Source: a virus | Lineage: Duplodnaviria; Caudoviricetes | Strand: one strand, 5' to 3' | DNA length: 29,017 nucleotides | IMG/VR virus record: IMGVR_UViG_3300044476_000097 | Location: 1-29,017 of that record | Shown: positions 16,062 to 25,325 of the stretch, piece by piece | How positions within the stretch are numbered: the first letter of the stretch is position 1 | Layout: each line of letters begins with the position of its first letter | Translations under genes and position numbers: made by a program | Notes under the pieces: generated by a model | What the model was told of the DNA's origin: nothing | Databases searched by the model: none | Seen by the model: the letters and a program-made list of their open reading frames with translations, nothing else

Positions 16062-16610
16062 GTGAGTTCTAAGGCTTATATCTATAGCGTAAACCCGATT
16101 GACCTGCTAGTAAGCGCTGGCCAGTTCGGGCATATCAACGTTTTTGGCGCTGGCAACAAGGTATTTGGGAAGACCAAGGTAGAGGGGCGCACGCTCCTAA
16201 AGGATCTTGGCAACGACAACTTCCAGCCATTCGAGGTCACCGCCAAAGAAATCGTTGATGACATTGTCGGTCGCTACGACAATGACGGTCTCTTTACAGT
16301 GGACGGAAATGACGAGCCCGATCCGGCCCGCCTTCGCGCAGAAGTCGAGAAGTTCCGGGCGAACTGCGTCGTAATCTGTCGTCATGCCGATGCCATTTGG
16401 GATCGTAAGCATGACAGAGAAATGATCGAAGAGCGCGCTAGGCGTGCGGCCAAGTACCTTAACCTCGACAAGCCATGGGCCGACTCGAAGGCTGAGGATA
16501 CAAAGGAATGCCCGTATTGCGCCGAAGTAATCAAGTACCGGGCGACTGTTTGTAGGTTCTGCCAGAAAGACCTAACCCAGCCGCAGGTATCTGTCCAGAC
16601 CAAGAAGTAA
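16062..16610 (+). CDS. Hypothetical protein with a C-terminal zinc ribbon (182 aa)
   Basis: CPYCAEVIKYRATVCRFC (CxxC-x10-CxxC); GTG start. Confidence 0.8.
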   Translation: MSSKAYIYSVNPIDLLVSAGQFGHINVFGAGNKVFGKTKVEGRTLLKDLGNDNFQPFEVTAKEIVDDIVGRYDNDGLFTVDGNDEPDPARLRAEVEKFRANCVVICRHADAIWDRKHDREMIEERARRAAKYLNLDKPWADSKAEDTKECPYCAEVIKYRATVCRFCQKDLTQPQVSVQTKK

Positions 16611-16619
16611 GGAGGGCGG

Positions 16620-17291
16620 ATGGCTGTCATTCCAACAGTAGGCGAAGTATCGGACCTAGCGAGGGCTACGCTCGCCGACGTTGCGGGTGATGTCTATAGC
16701 AATACCGTTCTCGCCCCGTTCATGAAGCGCGCTGCCCAAAAGGCTGCCCGTTTCTTTCGTGCGTCAGGGAGCAGCATTTTTAGAAAGCAGTCGGGTGACA
16801 TCAGCGTGGCCGCAGCCTCAACGTCACTTGTTCGCGGAGCTGGTCCGACCGGTATCTACCCGGCGGATATGCTTAGGCCAATCGAAATCCGTGAGCGCGT
16901 GACGACGGAACCGGTCACCGAATACAAAGTCATGAGGTGCCAAAACGGCTTTCTCCCAGCGGATGTGGCAACTGGCGACTACAGGCAATACTGGGATTGG
17001 ATCGGCGATACAATCGTATTTCCTGCTGGAGCGAAAAACAGTTACTTCCAGATCCAGTACGAAGCGAACTTCACAGACCCCAACGACTATACTACACCGG
17101 CAAACACCATCAATATCCCAGAAGCTGGCGAGGCGCTAGCGCTACTAACGGCGGCATACGCATTTGCCGCACGCGATGAGCGCGAGAATTTCGCGAAGCA
17201 TTACGAAATGGCAATGGACGACCTGTCGCAGATCGCCGCCGCCGAGGCTGCGGTACCGACGGCACGCGCCGCAAGGTACGGGAGCCAGTAA
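16620..17291 (+). CDS. Head-tail adaptor / ring protein 1 (223 aa)
   Basis: GGAGG RBS. Helix-helix N-terminus, beta insert with YPADMLRPIEI and a helical C-terminus, the layout of podovirus adaptors; lies upstream of the nozzle. Confidence 0.75.
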   Translation: MAVIPTVGEVSDLARATLADVAGDVYSNTVLAPFMKRAAQKAARFFRASGSSIFRKQSGDISVAAASTSLVRGAGPTGIYPADMLRPIEIRERVTTEPVTEYKVMRCQNGFLPADVATGDYRQYWDWIGDTIVFPAGAKNSYFQIQYEANFTDPNDYTTPANTINIPEAGEALALLTAAYAFAARDERENFAKHYEMAMDDLSQIAAAEAAVPTARAARYGSQ

Positions 17292-17950
17292 TGTCAGAGA
17301 CGCTGAACAGGCTGACGCGGTCAGTATCAACCATCGTCAACCAGCCGGGCGGTCGCCAGTTCAAGGACCCAGAGATCAAGGAATTCATCAACCTTGCGCT
17401 CGGCTGGGCAACCAAGGAACTCGATAGCACCCCGGTAAAGGACATCCGTTTCGAGACGGATGTTACCCTGCCACAGGGCCAGACGACGCTCTCGGTGGGC
17501 GTTACAAACGAGTTACCGGCTGATTTTATCGTACCAATCCGCATGTGGGAGTCGAGGGACGGGAAGTGGATGGAGATGACGATGGCTCCCGATCACCTTC
17601 CGATCAATAAGACTCCGGATCAAAATCTTCTATGGTGGGAGTGGAGGAGCGGTAAACTCTACTTTACTGGTGCCACCCGTAACGTCACGGTAAGGATCCA
17701 TTACCGTGGATCCATCAGCAAGATGTCCGTACCGCTGGACACCATGATCATCAACGGGCTTGAGGATGTTATCGTTGCGAAAGCAGCGGCGATGTGTTCT
17801 GTCGTTGGGAAATCAGACCAAGCTGCATACTGGGATGGTACCGCTTCCAGGCTGCTCGACAGGTTCATCCAGACAAACATCAAGCCATATCAGGCGACCG
17901 GATTCCGGCGCAAACGGCGGCGTATTAGCCTGCCGCCATGGAGGTACTAA
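17291..17950 (+). CDS. Head-tail adaptor / ring protein 2, paralog of the preceding gene (219 aa)
   Basis: LPADFIVPIRMWE aligns with YPADMLRPIEIRE; WWEWRSGKLYFTGA aligns with YWDWIGDTIVFPAGA. Confidence 0.75.
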   Translation: MSETLNRLTRSVSTIVNQPGGRQFKDPEIKEFINLALGWATKELDSTPVKDIRFETDVTLPQGQTTLSVGVTNELPADFIVPIRMWESRDGKWMEMTMAPDHLPINKTPDQNLLWWEWRSGKLYFTGATRNVTVRIHYRGSISKMSVPLDTMIINGLEDVIVAKAAAMCSVVGKSDQAAYWDGTASRLLDRFIQTNIKPYQATGFRRKRRRISLPPWRY

Positions 17951-18339
17951 TGGCTACAGCTACGGCGACATTCACACTTGACAAGACCGCTACCGATGTT
18001 AGCATGCGATGCGTTACTTACAAGGGAACCGTCGCAATCCAGGCTGGCCCAGCGACGTACGCCACGGGTGGCCTGACACTTAACCTTGCGGTTGCGGGGG
18101 TTCTCCAGAAGGAGAAGCCCATTGACTGGGACATCAAGCCTAACACTGGTAACTGGATGCCGAAATACGTTCCGGGCACTAACATCACTGATGGCAAGAT
18201 TGTTATCCTCGGGGTGGAGCCTACGGATGCCACTGCTGGCATCGTTCCTTTCCCTGAGTTTAGCAACGCCACTGCTGTCCCAGCAACGATGTCCGGAAGC
18301 TCATTCCCATTCTCCTTCAAGGTCCGTAAGGGACGCTAA
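17950..18339 (+). CDS. Small beta-rich virion protein, possibly capsid decoration (129 aa)
   Basis: GGAGG RBS and TAATG overlap give start 17950. Thr-rich beta pattern with YATGG. Confidence 0.7.
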   Translation: MATATATFTLDKTATDVSMRCVTYKGTVAIQAGPATYATGGLTLNLAVAGVLQKEKPIDWDIKPNTGNWMPKYVPGTNITDGKIVILGVEPTDATAGIVPFPEFSNATAVPATMSGSSFPFSFKVRKGR

Positions 18340-18349
18340 GGATCCAAAG

Positions 18350-20854
18350 ATGTACGAAGGTTTCGAGCCCGTAGTCGTTGACGTTCTGGGTGGGCTATGC
18401 ACCCGCATCGAGCGCTCAGATTTACCCATTGGCGTGTCCCCACGGGCCGAGAATGTTCGATTCTTCCCGGGCGGGGTCAGGTCACGGGGCGGGTTCGATA
18501 TCCTTTTCGGCGATAGCGGGGACCCATCTGCGGGGTACTGGGGTGGGTTCGGGTGGGTTTCTTATAACGGGGAACGTTATTACTCGGTTCTAATGGGACA
18601 GACGGGTGCCATCAGGTCGTGGTACCCGTCTTCCCTCTCTTCCTCCCCAACCGTCACCAATATCGAGCGCATCGGGAAGCCAGCCTATTCTACGGTCAGG
18701 TCAACCTCGCTGTATGGTAGGAATTATGTTTGCGTTGGCGACGGCAAGCGTGGAATCATCCCGCCATTCCAATTCGACGGCAGGACTGATCCATGGTACA
18801 TCGGGTCATCCGGTGGACATGAAGCGCAGATTACGAGGAACGTTGGCGGTGGCAACATGGTTGCTGGCCGCTACTTTATTGCGGTTGCATTCGAGAACAT
18901 CAGTGGCTTCATCAGCCCGGCAGTTAAGCTGAACTACGAAACGTTGTCCAACGGAGACGACTTCTCGCTTACGTCTATCCCGATCGGACCACCGGGTACG
19001 ATTAAGCGCAGGATCTTCGTGTCGCTACCAGACACGTTTGATCTGTACAACCCGGCTGCGCTTGTCATCAACGACAACACATCAACCTCCGGTGGGCCAT
19101 ACGACCTATCCGTCGATGAGATTGCGGCCGGTCTTCCGTACCAGACGGTCGCACTACTACAGCAGCCCGCTCCGCATCTTGGCGTTGTTGACTACAACAA
19201 TCGACTCGTTCTCTGGGGTGGCAACAACCGAATCTTCTCTTTCTTTGGCCCAACTACAACAGGAATCAATCCATCGTACTCATCGATTGGGCTGATTAAC
19301 CTTGACTTCTCCTCGGACGCTGCGTCTGCGTACACGTGGAATGTGGCCGGAGAATATGGCGAGTGGTATGGGTCCACTACGGCCGCGACCGTAATGGCGG
19401 GAACCAAGGGTGACGGGGAACTCGCGAATTATCTGCGCATCACCTCGACGGGTGGCGTTGCGGATGGAGACCTCAATCAGGGATACGGTATCTACTATGC
19501 CACCCTAAGACCAAACCGTGACGCTATCGGCAACCAGTATCTAGTTCCAGGTAGGAAATATGGCATCAGGGTTAGGGCTCGCAGGAGCAATGGGGCTGTT
19601 GCTGGCAATCTAAACGTTACCCTGTATACCAACCCAAATCTTTCGTCAAGGACAACCGTCACGGCCGCCAGTTTCCCGGTATCATCGATGACGACCGAGT
19701 GGGCAATTTACGAGTACTCCGGAACAACGGCCGTCAATAACGATGCCTGCGTTTCGATGAACGTCAAGCTCACCAGTGTTACGGCAAACGAAACGATCGA
19801 CATCTCGCATATCGAAGTGTTTGACACCGCCGACACACGCACCGCGTCATCGCTCTACATCTCTCGCGCGGATGATCCAGAGTCGTTTGACGAACTTCTC
19901 GGCAAGATCATTGTCAACGATCGCGACGGCGAGGACATCCGTAACGTATTCGTTCTCCACGGCAATCTATATGTGTGCAAGGAGAACTCGCTCTACGTGA
20001 TCCAGGATAACGGGCAAGAGCCAGCCACCTGGTCAACCGAGAAGGTTTCTGGCGTAGTCGGCACAACTTCTGTCCACGGTGTCGGCATCGGTGACAACTT
20101 TGCGCTCATCGTGTCAAGGGATGGCCTCTATATGATGACGGGCGGTATGCCCGAGAACGTCTCCAAGGAGATCGAGCCAACGTGGGCGCTCTTCGACTGG
20201 ACAAAGGGTGAGCAGATGTACTGCGCGGTTGACTCGGCGAAACGCTACGCTGTCGTTGGTGGGCCGACTACTGGCGGTGGTTCGCAACAGCTATACGTTG
20301 ACTTCTCGCTTGGATGGGGCGACCCGATGGGTGGTGGCGAGGCGGTGCGCAAGTGGGGCATCGACAAGAGAGCCGTCAATGGTGTCGAGTACGGATTCTC
20401 GTCAGCGTTCACCACTGTCATGCCAGACGAGAGTAGCGCCATCGTTTACACCGCTGCAAATCCACAGGCATTGCTGATGTTCGAGGATAGCAGTAGGCCG
20501 TTCGATATGACGGCGATCCTATCGGTCGAGCGTCAGCACATCGATGTCGCATACGAGACAGCACCGATTGGATCCGACATCGGGAGGTCGTTGTTCGGCG
20601 GGGTTGTACTCAAGATCAGGGGAAGCGGGACGCTACTGTCATCGTTTGTACGCCCGAGCGGAACGTCTGTTTCGCTACCGTCGCGCTCACTAACCGACGC
20701 GTCCAACCATGACGTAGAAATCAGGACAATGAATTCAGATACCCAGCTTGGCTACCTCATGTCCCTCAACAACGAGACCAACGCATACTTCATCGCGAAG
20801 AGGATTGCGGTGCTAATCAAGAAGCATCCGTCCGCTAGATTCAGGGGGTACTAA
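18350..20854 (+). CDS. Tail nozzle / DNA-stabilisation protein (P22 gp10 / T7 gp12-like beta-propeller, 834 aa)
   Basis: N-terminal LGGL...DLP...SPRAENVRF...GVRSRGG and blade motifs NRLVLWG, LYISRADDPESF, LYVCKENSLY, DGLYMMTGG..ENVSKEI. ATG 18350 follows an AAGGA RBS. Confidence 0.85.
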   Translation: MYEGFEPVVVDVLGGLCTRIERSDLPIGVSPRAENVRFFPGGVRSRGGFDILFGDSGDPSAGYWGGFGWVSYNGERYYSVLMGQTGAIRSWYPSSLSSSPTVTNIERIGKPAYSTVRSTSLYGRNYVCVGDGKRGIIPPFQFDGRTDPWYIGSSGGHEAQITRNVGGGNMVAGRYFIAVAFENISGFISPAVKLNYETLSNGDDFSLTSIPIGPPGTIKRRIFVSLPDTFDLYNPAALVINDNTSTSGGPYDLSVDEIAAGLPYQTVALLQQPAPHLGVVDYNNRLVLWGGNNRIFSFFGPTTTGINPSYSSIGLINLDFSSDAASAYTWNVAGEYGEWYGSTTAATVMAGTKGDGELANYLRITSTGGVADGDLNQGYGIYYATLRPNRDAIGNQYLVPGRKYGIRVRARRSNGAVAGNLNVTLYTNPNLSSRTTVTAASFPVSSMTTEWAIYEYSGTTAVNNDACVSMNVKLTSVTANETIDISHIEVFDTADTRTASSLYISRADDPESFDELLGKIIVNDRDGEDIRNVFVLHGNLYVCKENSLYVIQDNGQEPATWSTEKVSGVVGTTSVHGVGIGDNFALIVSRDGLYMMTGGMPENVSKEIEPTWALFDWTKGEQMYCAVDSAKRYAVVGGPTTGGGSQQLYVDFSLGWGDPMGGGEAVRKWGIDKRAVNGVEYGFSSAFTTVMPDESSAIVYTAANPQALLMFEDSSRPFDMTAILSVERQHIDVAYETAPIGSDIGRSLFGGVVLKIRGSGTLLSSFVRPSGTSVSLPSRSLTDASNHDVEIRTMNSDTQLGYLMSLNNETNAYFIAKRIAVLIKKHPSARFRGY

Positions 20855-21369
20855 TGGTTCGTAGGGTTACCGTACCGAAGATCCGTGGCCGGATAACCGA
20901 TCCGGCGATGTACGAGACGCTGCGCGACATGGCGAATGTCACGTCGTCTATCATGCAGGAACTCGACGGTGACAAGGTCGGTGGATCCGGAACAAGTGGA
21001 TACCTTCCGAACTGGAGCGATTCCGGATCTAGCCTTGCCGACTCTCCGGCCTATACCGATGGCTCAGGGATTGGCATTGGAACGGAGGCGCCCGGGTCGC
21101 CACTTGATATCCTTGATGATGGGGTTGGCTGCCTCAGGCTCTCTGGCAGCTCGTCCGGATTTGTCGGACTTAGGCCAGCCGCTGCTGCTGGCTCGGTAAC
21201 ATACACTATGCCGTCGGCTGATGGTTCCGGCGGTGATGCATTGGTAACCAATGGGGCCGGTACGCTATCGTGGACTACAATAACCGGTGGCGGTGGCGGA
21301 TTCCCGTATGTTGACCTCGGGCTAATCACCGAGGCCGTCACCACTAGCGTTGACCTCGGGGGATTGTAA
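20854..21369 (+). CDS. Tail fibre-associated protein (171 aa)
   Basis: Fibre-type motifs GIGIGTEAPGSPLDI and TYTMPSADGSGGDALVTNGAGTLSW; TAATG-coupled at both ends. Confidence 0.75.
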   Translation: MVRRVTVPKIRGRITDPAMYETLRDMANVTSSIMQELDGDKVGGSGTSGYLPNWSDSGSSLADSPAYTDGSGIGIGTEAPGSPLDILDDGVGCLRLSGSSSGFVGLRPAAAAGSVTYTMPSADGSGGDALVTNGAGTLSWTTITGGGGGFPYVDLGLITEAVTTSVDLGGL

Positions 21370-22910
21370 TGTCAACCGTTTTCAAGCCACGACGCGGCAC
21401 GACCGTTCAGCACTCTACCTTTACCGGCGCGGCCGGGGAGATGACGCTCGATACCACAAAGAATACCATCGTTGTCCACGATGGGGCTACCGCTGGTGGA
21501 TTTCCTCTCGCAAAGGAGGGCGGAACCGGCGCGCCGTCTAACGCAGAGTATATCGTAGCGACAGCCGATGCCGGACTATCCGCGGAGCGCGTGCTCACCG
21601 ATACGAATTCTGTTGCGTGGGACAAGGCAACTGCCGGGCAGGTAAAGGCAAATGTCCAGTTCGGAGCCACCGGTACGACGGCATGCGTTGGTAACGATTC
21701 GCGGCTATCCGATGCGCGTACGCCAACGGCCCACACCCAGGCTGTCAGCACCATCACGTTCTCGGCCACAGACAAGCTGGCGGGTAGGTCTTCTGCTGGT
21801 GCCGGGGCTGGCGAGGAAATCACATGCACCAGTTACGGGCGTAGCCTACTGGACAACACAGCACTATGGTGGGACAAGGTAAACAGTAGGCTGGGTATCG
21901 GTACCAATCTTCCGGACGATGCGATTCACGTATTGCGCACCGGGTCGCGCGCCGTAATATTCCTGCAAGCATCCGGGACTAACGGCTACGCTGGTCTCAA
22001 GATGGGATCCATCGACCAGTCTAGTGAGTATATGCTAATGGCTGGTCGCGTTAACAACGCTGATGCGTCCGGCCTGGTTATTCGCGACACCGATGCTGGC
22101 GCCGACAGGATGGTGATCAACGATACGACCGGTAAGGTGAACTTTCCGGCCGGAGCGCAGTCTGCTGGTACGGATGTTTCCGTTATCGGGCATACGCATT
22201 CTACGTCGGATGTTCAGTTCGCTGCCACAAACAAGTTGCTCGGCAGGTCAACAGCTGGTGCCGGTTCGGGCGAGGAGATTACGTGTACGGCTGCTGGCAG
22301 AGCATTGCTGGACGATAACGATGCTGCCACACAGCGGACCACCCTCGGACTTGCCGCCCTGGCAACAAAGGCGACAGTTGGAACCACCGATATCGACGCT
22401 GCCGCGGTAACGTACGCCAGGATTCAGAATGTCTCGGCTACCGACAAGGTGCTTGGCCGCAGTACCGCTGGCGCTGGTTCGGTAGAGGAAATTGCATGCA
22501 CTGCGGCAGGAAGGGCGCTCATTGACGACGCCTCCGCCTCCGACCAGAGGACCACGCTAGGACTGGGGACAGCAGCGACGCAGAGTGTCGAGGCTATTCG
22601 ACAGATTCCCCAGAACAGCCAGAGTGGCGCCTACGTTGTAGTAGCCGGTGATGCCGGTAAGCACATCTATATCTCGACCGGCGGCGTGACGTTCAACGCG
22701 TCCGTGCTGGCAGTCGGGGATGCCGTAACAATCGTCAATAACTCCAATGCGAACCAGACGATTACTGCTGGCGCAAGTGTTACCTTTAGACTTGCTGGTA
22801 CTGCAACAACCGGTAATAGGACGCTGGCCCAGTACGGAATCTGCACGTTCCTTTGCGTTGTCGGCGGAGCGACACCTACGTTTATTTGCTCTGGGGCTGG
22901 CCTATCGTGA
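21369..22910 (+). CDS. Tail fibre with an Mtd_N-like N-terminal domain and three internal repeats (513 aa)
   Basis: RRGTTVQHSTFTGAAGEMTLDTTKNTIVVHDGATAGGFPLA matches the major-tropism-determinant N-terminal pattern. Repeat ATDKxxGRSxAGAGxxEEIxCTxxGRxLxD occurs three times; also RLGIGTNLP. Confidence 0.85.
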   Translation: MSTVFKPRRGTTVQHSTFTGAAGEMTLDTTKNTIVVHDGATAGGFPLAKEGGTGAPSNAEYIVATADAGLSAERVLTDTNSVAWDKATAGQVKANVQFGATGTTACVGNDSRLSDARTPTAHTQAVSTITFSATDKLAGRSSAGAGAGEEITCTSYGRSLLDNTALWWDKVNSRLGIGTNLPDDAIHVLRTGSRAVIFLQASGTNGYAGLKMGSIDQSSEYMLMAGRVNNADASGLVIRDTDAGADRMVINDTTGKVNFPAGAQSAGTDVSVIGHTHSTSDVQFAATNKLLGRSTAGAGSGEEITCTAAGRALLDDNDAATQRTTLGLAALATKATVGTTDIDAAAVTYARIQNVSATDKVLGRSTAGAGSVEEIACTAAGRALIDDASASDQRTTLGLGTAATQSVEAIRQIPQNSQSGAYVVVAGDAGKHIYISTGGVTFNASVLAVGDAVTIVNNSNANQTITAGASVTFRLAGTATTGNRTLAQYGICTFLCVVGGATPTFICSGAGLS

Positions 22911-23668
22911 CAATACTTCAATCGCTACTCGGGACGCCATCGTCTAGTTCCGGCGCGCAGTTTATCGCCGCAACAGGTGGCACTATTACATACGATGGCA
23001 ACTACAAGGTCCACACGTTCACGTCGAATGGAACGTTCCAAATTACAGATGCACCAGCCAACCCAACAGTGTGGGCATTTGTCGTTGGCGGAGGTGGAGG
23101 CAGTGGCACGGGAACTGGCGCGAATGGAGGCGGTGCTGGCGGAACGATTGCGGAAGATGCTGCTCTGTCGGTATCCGTTCAGAGTTATTCCGTCGTAGTC
23201 GGTTCTGGCGGTGCGGCTGGCAGTGCCGGTAATAACTCTACCTTCTCGACGCTTACTGGCGCTGGTGGTGGTCGCGGTTCCGGGACGACCGCGGCTAACA
23301 CTGGCGGCGGAAGTAAGGGTGGTGGTGGTGGGCCAACGTTTACGACCGGCGCCGGGTCAGGATCCAACAAGGGTGGAAACTATGCGTTCTATAGTGCTAG
23401 CAGATATGGCTCTGGCGGTGGCGCTGGATCCGGTGGAGCAGGTGGGGATGCACTAGCGTCCCCATCACAGGGCCGTGGCGGAGCGGCAGGTGCTGGAACC
23501 GCATCGTCAATCAGTGGTTCAAGCGTAACGTACGCTCCGGGTGGCTACGGAAGAGGATCGGTCGTAAACGGTACCGCCGCTACTGGCGATGGAAACGCTG
23601 GCTGCGGTGGGTCACTAGATGCATCCGGTGTAAACGGTGTGGTTATCATCAGGTATCAGTACCAATAA
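22907..23668 (+). CDS. Glycine-rich fibre-tip / adhesin-like protein (253 aa)
   Basis: GTGA overlap with the fibre stop. ATGGTIT..YKVHTFTSNGTF, VVGGGGGSG...GGGAGG and C-terminal GVVIIRY match phage glycine-rich (polyglycine II) domains. Confidence 0.82.
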   Translation: MTILQSLLGTPSSSSGAQFIAATGGTITYDGNYKVHTFTSNGTFQITDAPANPTVWAFVVGGGGGSGTGTGANGGGAGGTIAEDAALSVSVQSYSVVVGSGGAAGSAGNNSTFSTLTGAGGGRGSGTTAANTGGGSKGGGGGPTFTTGAGSGSNKGGNYAFYSASRYGSGGGAGSGGAGGDALASPSQGRGGAAGAGTASSISGSSVTYAPGGYGRGSVVNGTAATGDGNAGCGGSLDASGVNGVVIIRYQYQ

Positions 23669-23669
23669 C

Positions 23670-23748
23670 ATTGACGCTCGTGGTAAACTATACAAACAAT
23701 TGACGATAGGCGCTGGCGCACGCTACACATCGCGCCAACAATAGGAGG
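23670..23748 (+). promoter_or_regulatory. Intergenic regulatory region before the ejection-protein module
   Basis: AT-richer 87-bp gap with an extended -10-like TGgTAAACT (23681-23689), ATTGACG x2 (23670, 23699), a hairpin TGGCGC/GCGCCA (23714-23737) and RBS AGGAGG. Confidence 0.45.
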
Positions 23749-23755
23749 CGATAAC

Positions 23756-24367
23756 ATGGGTCAGAATGGAGTCAATATGGGTGGCGCATACGGTAGTGGG
23801 GGCGGGCAGAATCCATTTGGCAGTATCACGCCAACGCCCGGGAGTCTCAACCCGCGTGGTGGTGTTCGGCCGGGTGTACCCGGCCCGAGGCCAACGCCAC
23901 CGATTCGCGGTGGTAATAGCGGTGGCAATGGCGGCGCCACAGGTGGGCCTACTGTCGGCCCGAACGGCGGAGTTCCCGTTGACGGACCGATGCCTCCGCC
24001 CACACCACCGGCACCCGATCCATTCTGGGATGGCCCCCCGACACCGGTTGGTGGATGGGGACCAGTATCCGGTGGCGGTCAGGGACCAGTATATCTTCCG
24101 CCCCCAACGTGGAGCCCCGGAAGCGGCCCGGTAAACCCACCCAATAATCCGCCCAATCCACCGTCAACCGGATATCCGCCGCCAGCGCTACCGGATTTCC
24201 CTGGGCCTGTTGATCAGCCCGCACCACCGTCACCAATGCCACGCCCAACCCCGCCACCGCAGGGTAGGCCGATCCCGGGTCAGGGTGGTCCACAATTCAT
24301 GTCCCGGGAATTTGGCGCCGACAGGAGGCGCCCGCGTCCAGTGGGGCCCAAGGGAGGGTCGCTATAA
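23756..24367 (+). CDS. Pro/Gly-rich intrinsically disordered protein (203 aa)
   Basis: AGGAGG RBS; almost entirely P/G low complexity; TAATG-coupled to the next gene. Confidence 0.75.
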   Translation: MGQNGVNMGGAYGSGGGQNPFGSITPTPGSLNPRGGVRPGVPGPRPTPPIRGGNSGGNGGATGGPTVGPNGGVPVDGPMPPPTPPAPDPFWDGPPTPVGGWGPVSGGGQGPVYLPPPTWSPGSGPVNPPNNPPNPPSTGYPPPALPDFPGPVDQPAPPSPMPRPTPPPQGRPIPGQGGPQFMSREFGADRRRPRPVGPKGGSL

Positions 24368-25068
24368 TGGGCGCTGGTCTTGGTCAGGGCGGCTACGGTG
24401 TCGGTCCGGGTAGCTACGGTGGCGGCTACGATGGCGGTGGCTGGAATGGTGGTGGCTATGGTGGTGGTGGATATGGCCCTTACCGAGGTCAGAACTATCA
24501 ACCACGCCAACCGCGTCCCAATTACCCCACTGCACGCTACGGTGGTGGGAATAGCACTGGCGGGTATGGAGACGGTGGCCAGCAAATCGATCCCATTGGA
24601 AATGGACAGATGAGACTAGACGAATGGGTTAAGGGTGTCCGGCACATAAATCCGGACCAGGACTATTACTGGCGTTCGCTTCCCAATAGCGAGAAGAGGC
24701 CGTCCGGTGAGCCGATGCTCACGACATACGATCCGGACCCGGAGAGGTTCAGGGTTAGTACCAGCCAGGGTATGGGTGGTCCGGCCCCAACGTCACTAGA
24801 GACTGGCAATACCAAGACTGGCGATTCCATCGCTTCCGGGCCCGCTCCGTACGAAAACCCACTCGTCAAGCCAACGCGCCCCGGACCCGATCTGTCCGGT
24901 GGTGGGCCAGCATTGGGCGGGTCACCAGCCGGTAAGCCGACGCAGTATCCACAGCCAAACAAGCCCGGTAGGCTTCCGGGGGGCGGATTCATGGGGCAAC
25001 CCGGTTCATATTCTGGTCCAGCCAGGGGTCCGCATGGAATGCCTGGCTATAACCCGGGGCCACGCTAA
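24367..25068 (+). CDS. Gly/Tyr/Pro-rich low-complexity protein (233 aa)
   Basis: GGAGGG RBS, GGYG-type repeats at the N-terminus, short ordered-looking core (RLDEWVKGVRH...YYWRSLP); TAATG overlaps at both ends. Confidence 0.75.
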   Translation: MGAGLGQGGYGVGPGSYGGGYDGGGWNGGGYGGGGYGPYRGQNYQPRQPRPNYPTARYGGGNSTGGYGDGGQQIDPIGNGQMRLDEWVKGVRHINPDQDYYWRSLPNSEKRPSGEPMLTTYDPDPERFRVSTSQGMGGPAPTSLETGNTKTGDSIASGPAPYENPLVKPTRPGPDLSGGGPALGGSPAGKPTQYPQPNKPGRLPGGGFMGQPGSYSGPARGPHGMPGYNPGPR

Positions 25069-25325
25069 TGGGAATGGGCGGCAATAGCAACTACGACTCA
25101 CCCGACCCCAGCTTCAATACGGTAAGCATTAGCCAAGCCGCCGCTAAGCAAGCCGCCAAAACGGCAATGGATTACATCGGAATGGATGATAGCCTATTGT
25201 CGTCTGGCGGCGCAGCCAGTCAGCCAGCGATGGCCGAGGCGTACACGGATGCGCAGGAAGTAGATAGGCGCAAGAAATCTTGGGAGGATATGATTGCGGC
25301 AATCGGCAGCAAATACGTCGGGTAA
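25068..25325 (+). CDS. Small hypothetical protein, possibly internal virion (85 aa)
   Basis: TAATG-coupled; Ala-rich helical sequence with an MG start. Confidence 0.7.
   Translation: MGMGGNSNYDSPDPSFNTVSISQAAAKQAAKTAMDYIGMDDSLLSSGGAASQPAMAEAYTDAQEVDRRKKSWEDMIAAIGSKYVG

Noticed and set aside
18086-18349. N-terminal extension of the nozzle ORF (922-aa version)
   Set aside because: It overlaps the 17950-18339 gene by about 250 bp. ATG 18350 has an RBS and begins at the typical nozzle N-terminus.
23756-25068. Collagen-like repeat, or a frameshifted single gene/assembly artefact
   Set aside because: There is no sustained Gly-X-Y periodicity, and each ORF has its own RBS or a clean TAATG junction like the other genes here.
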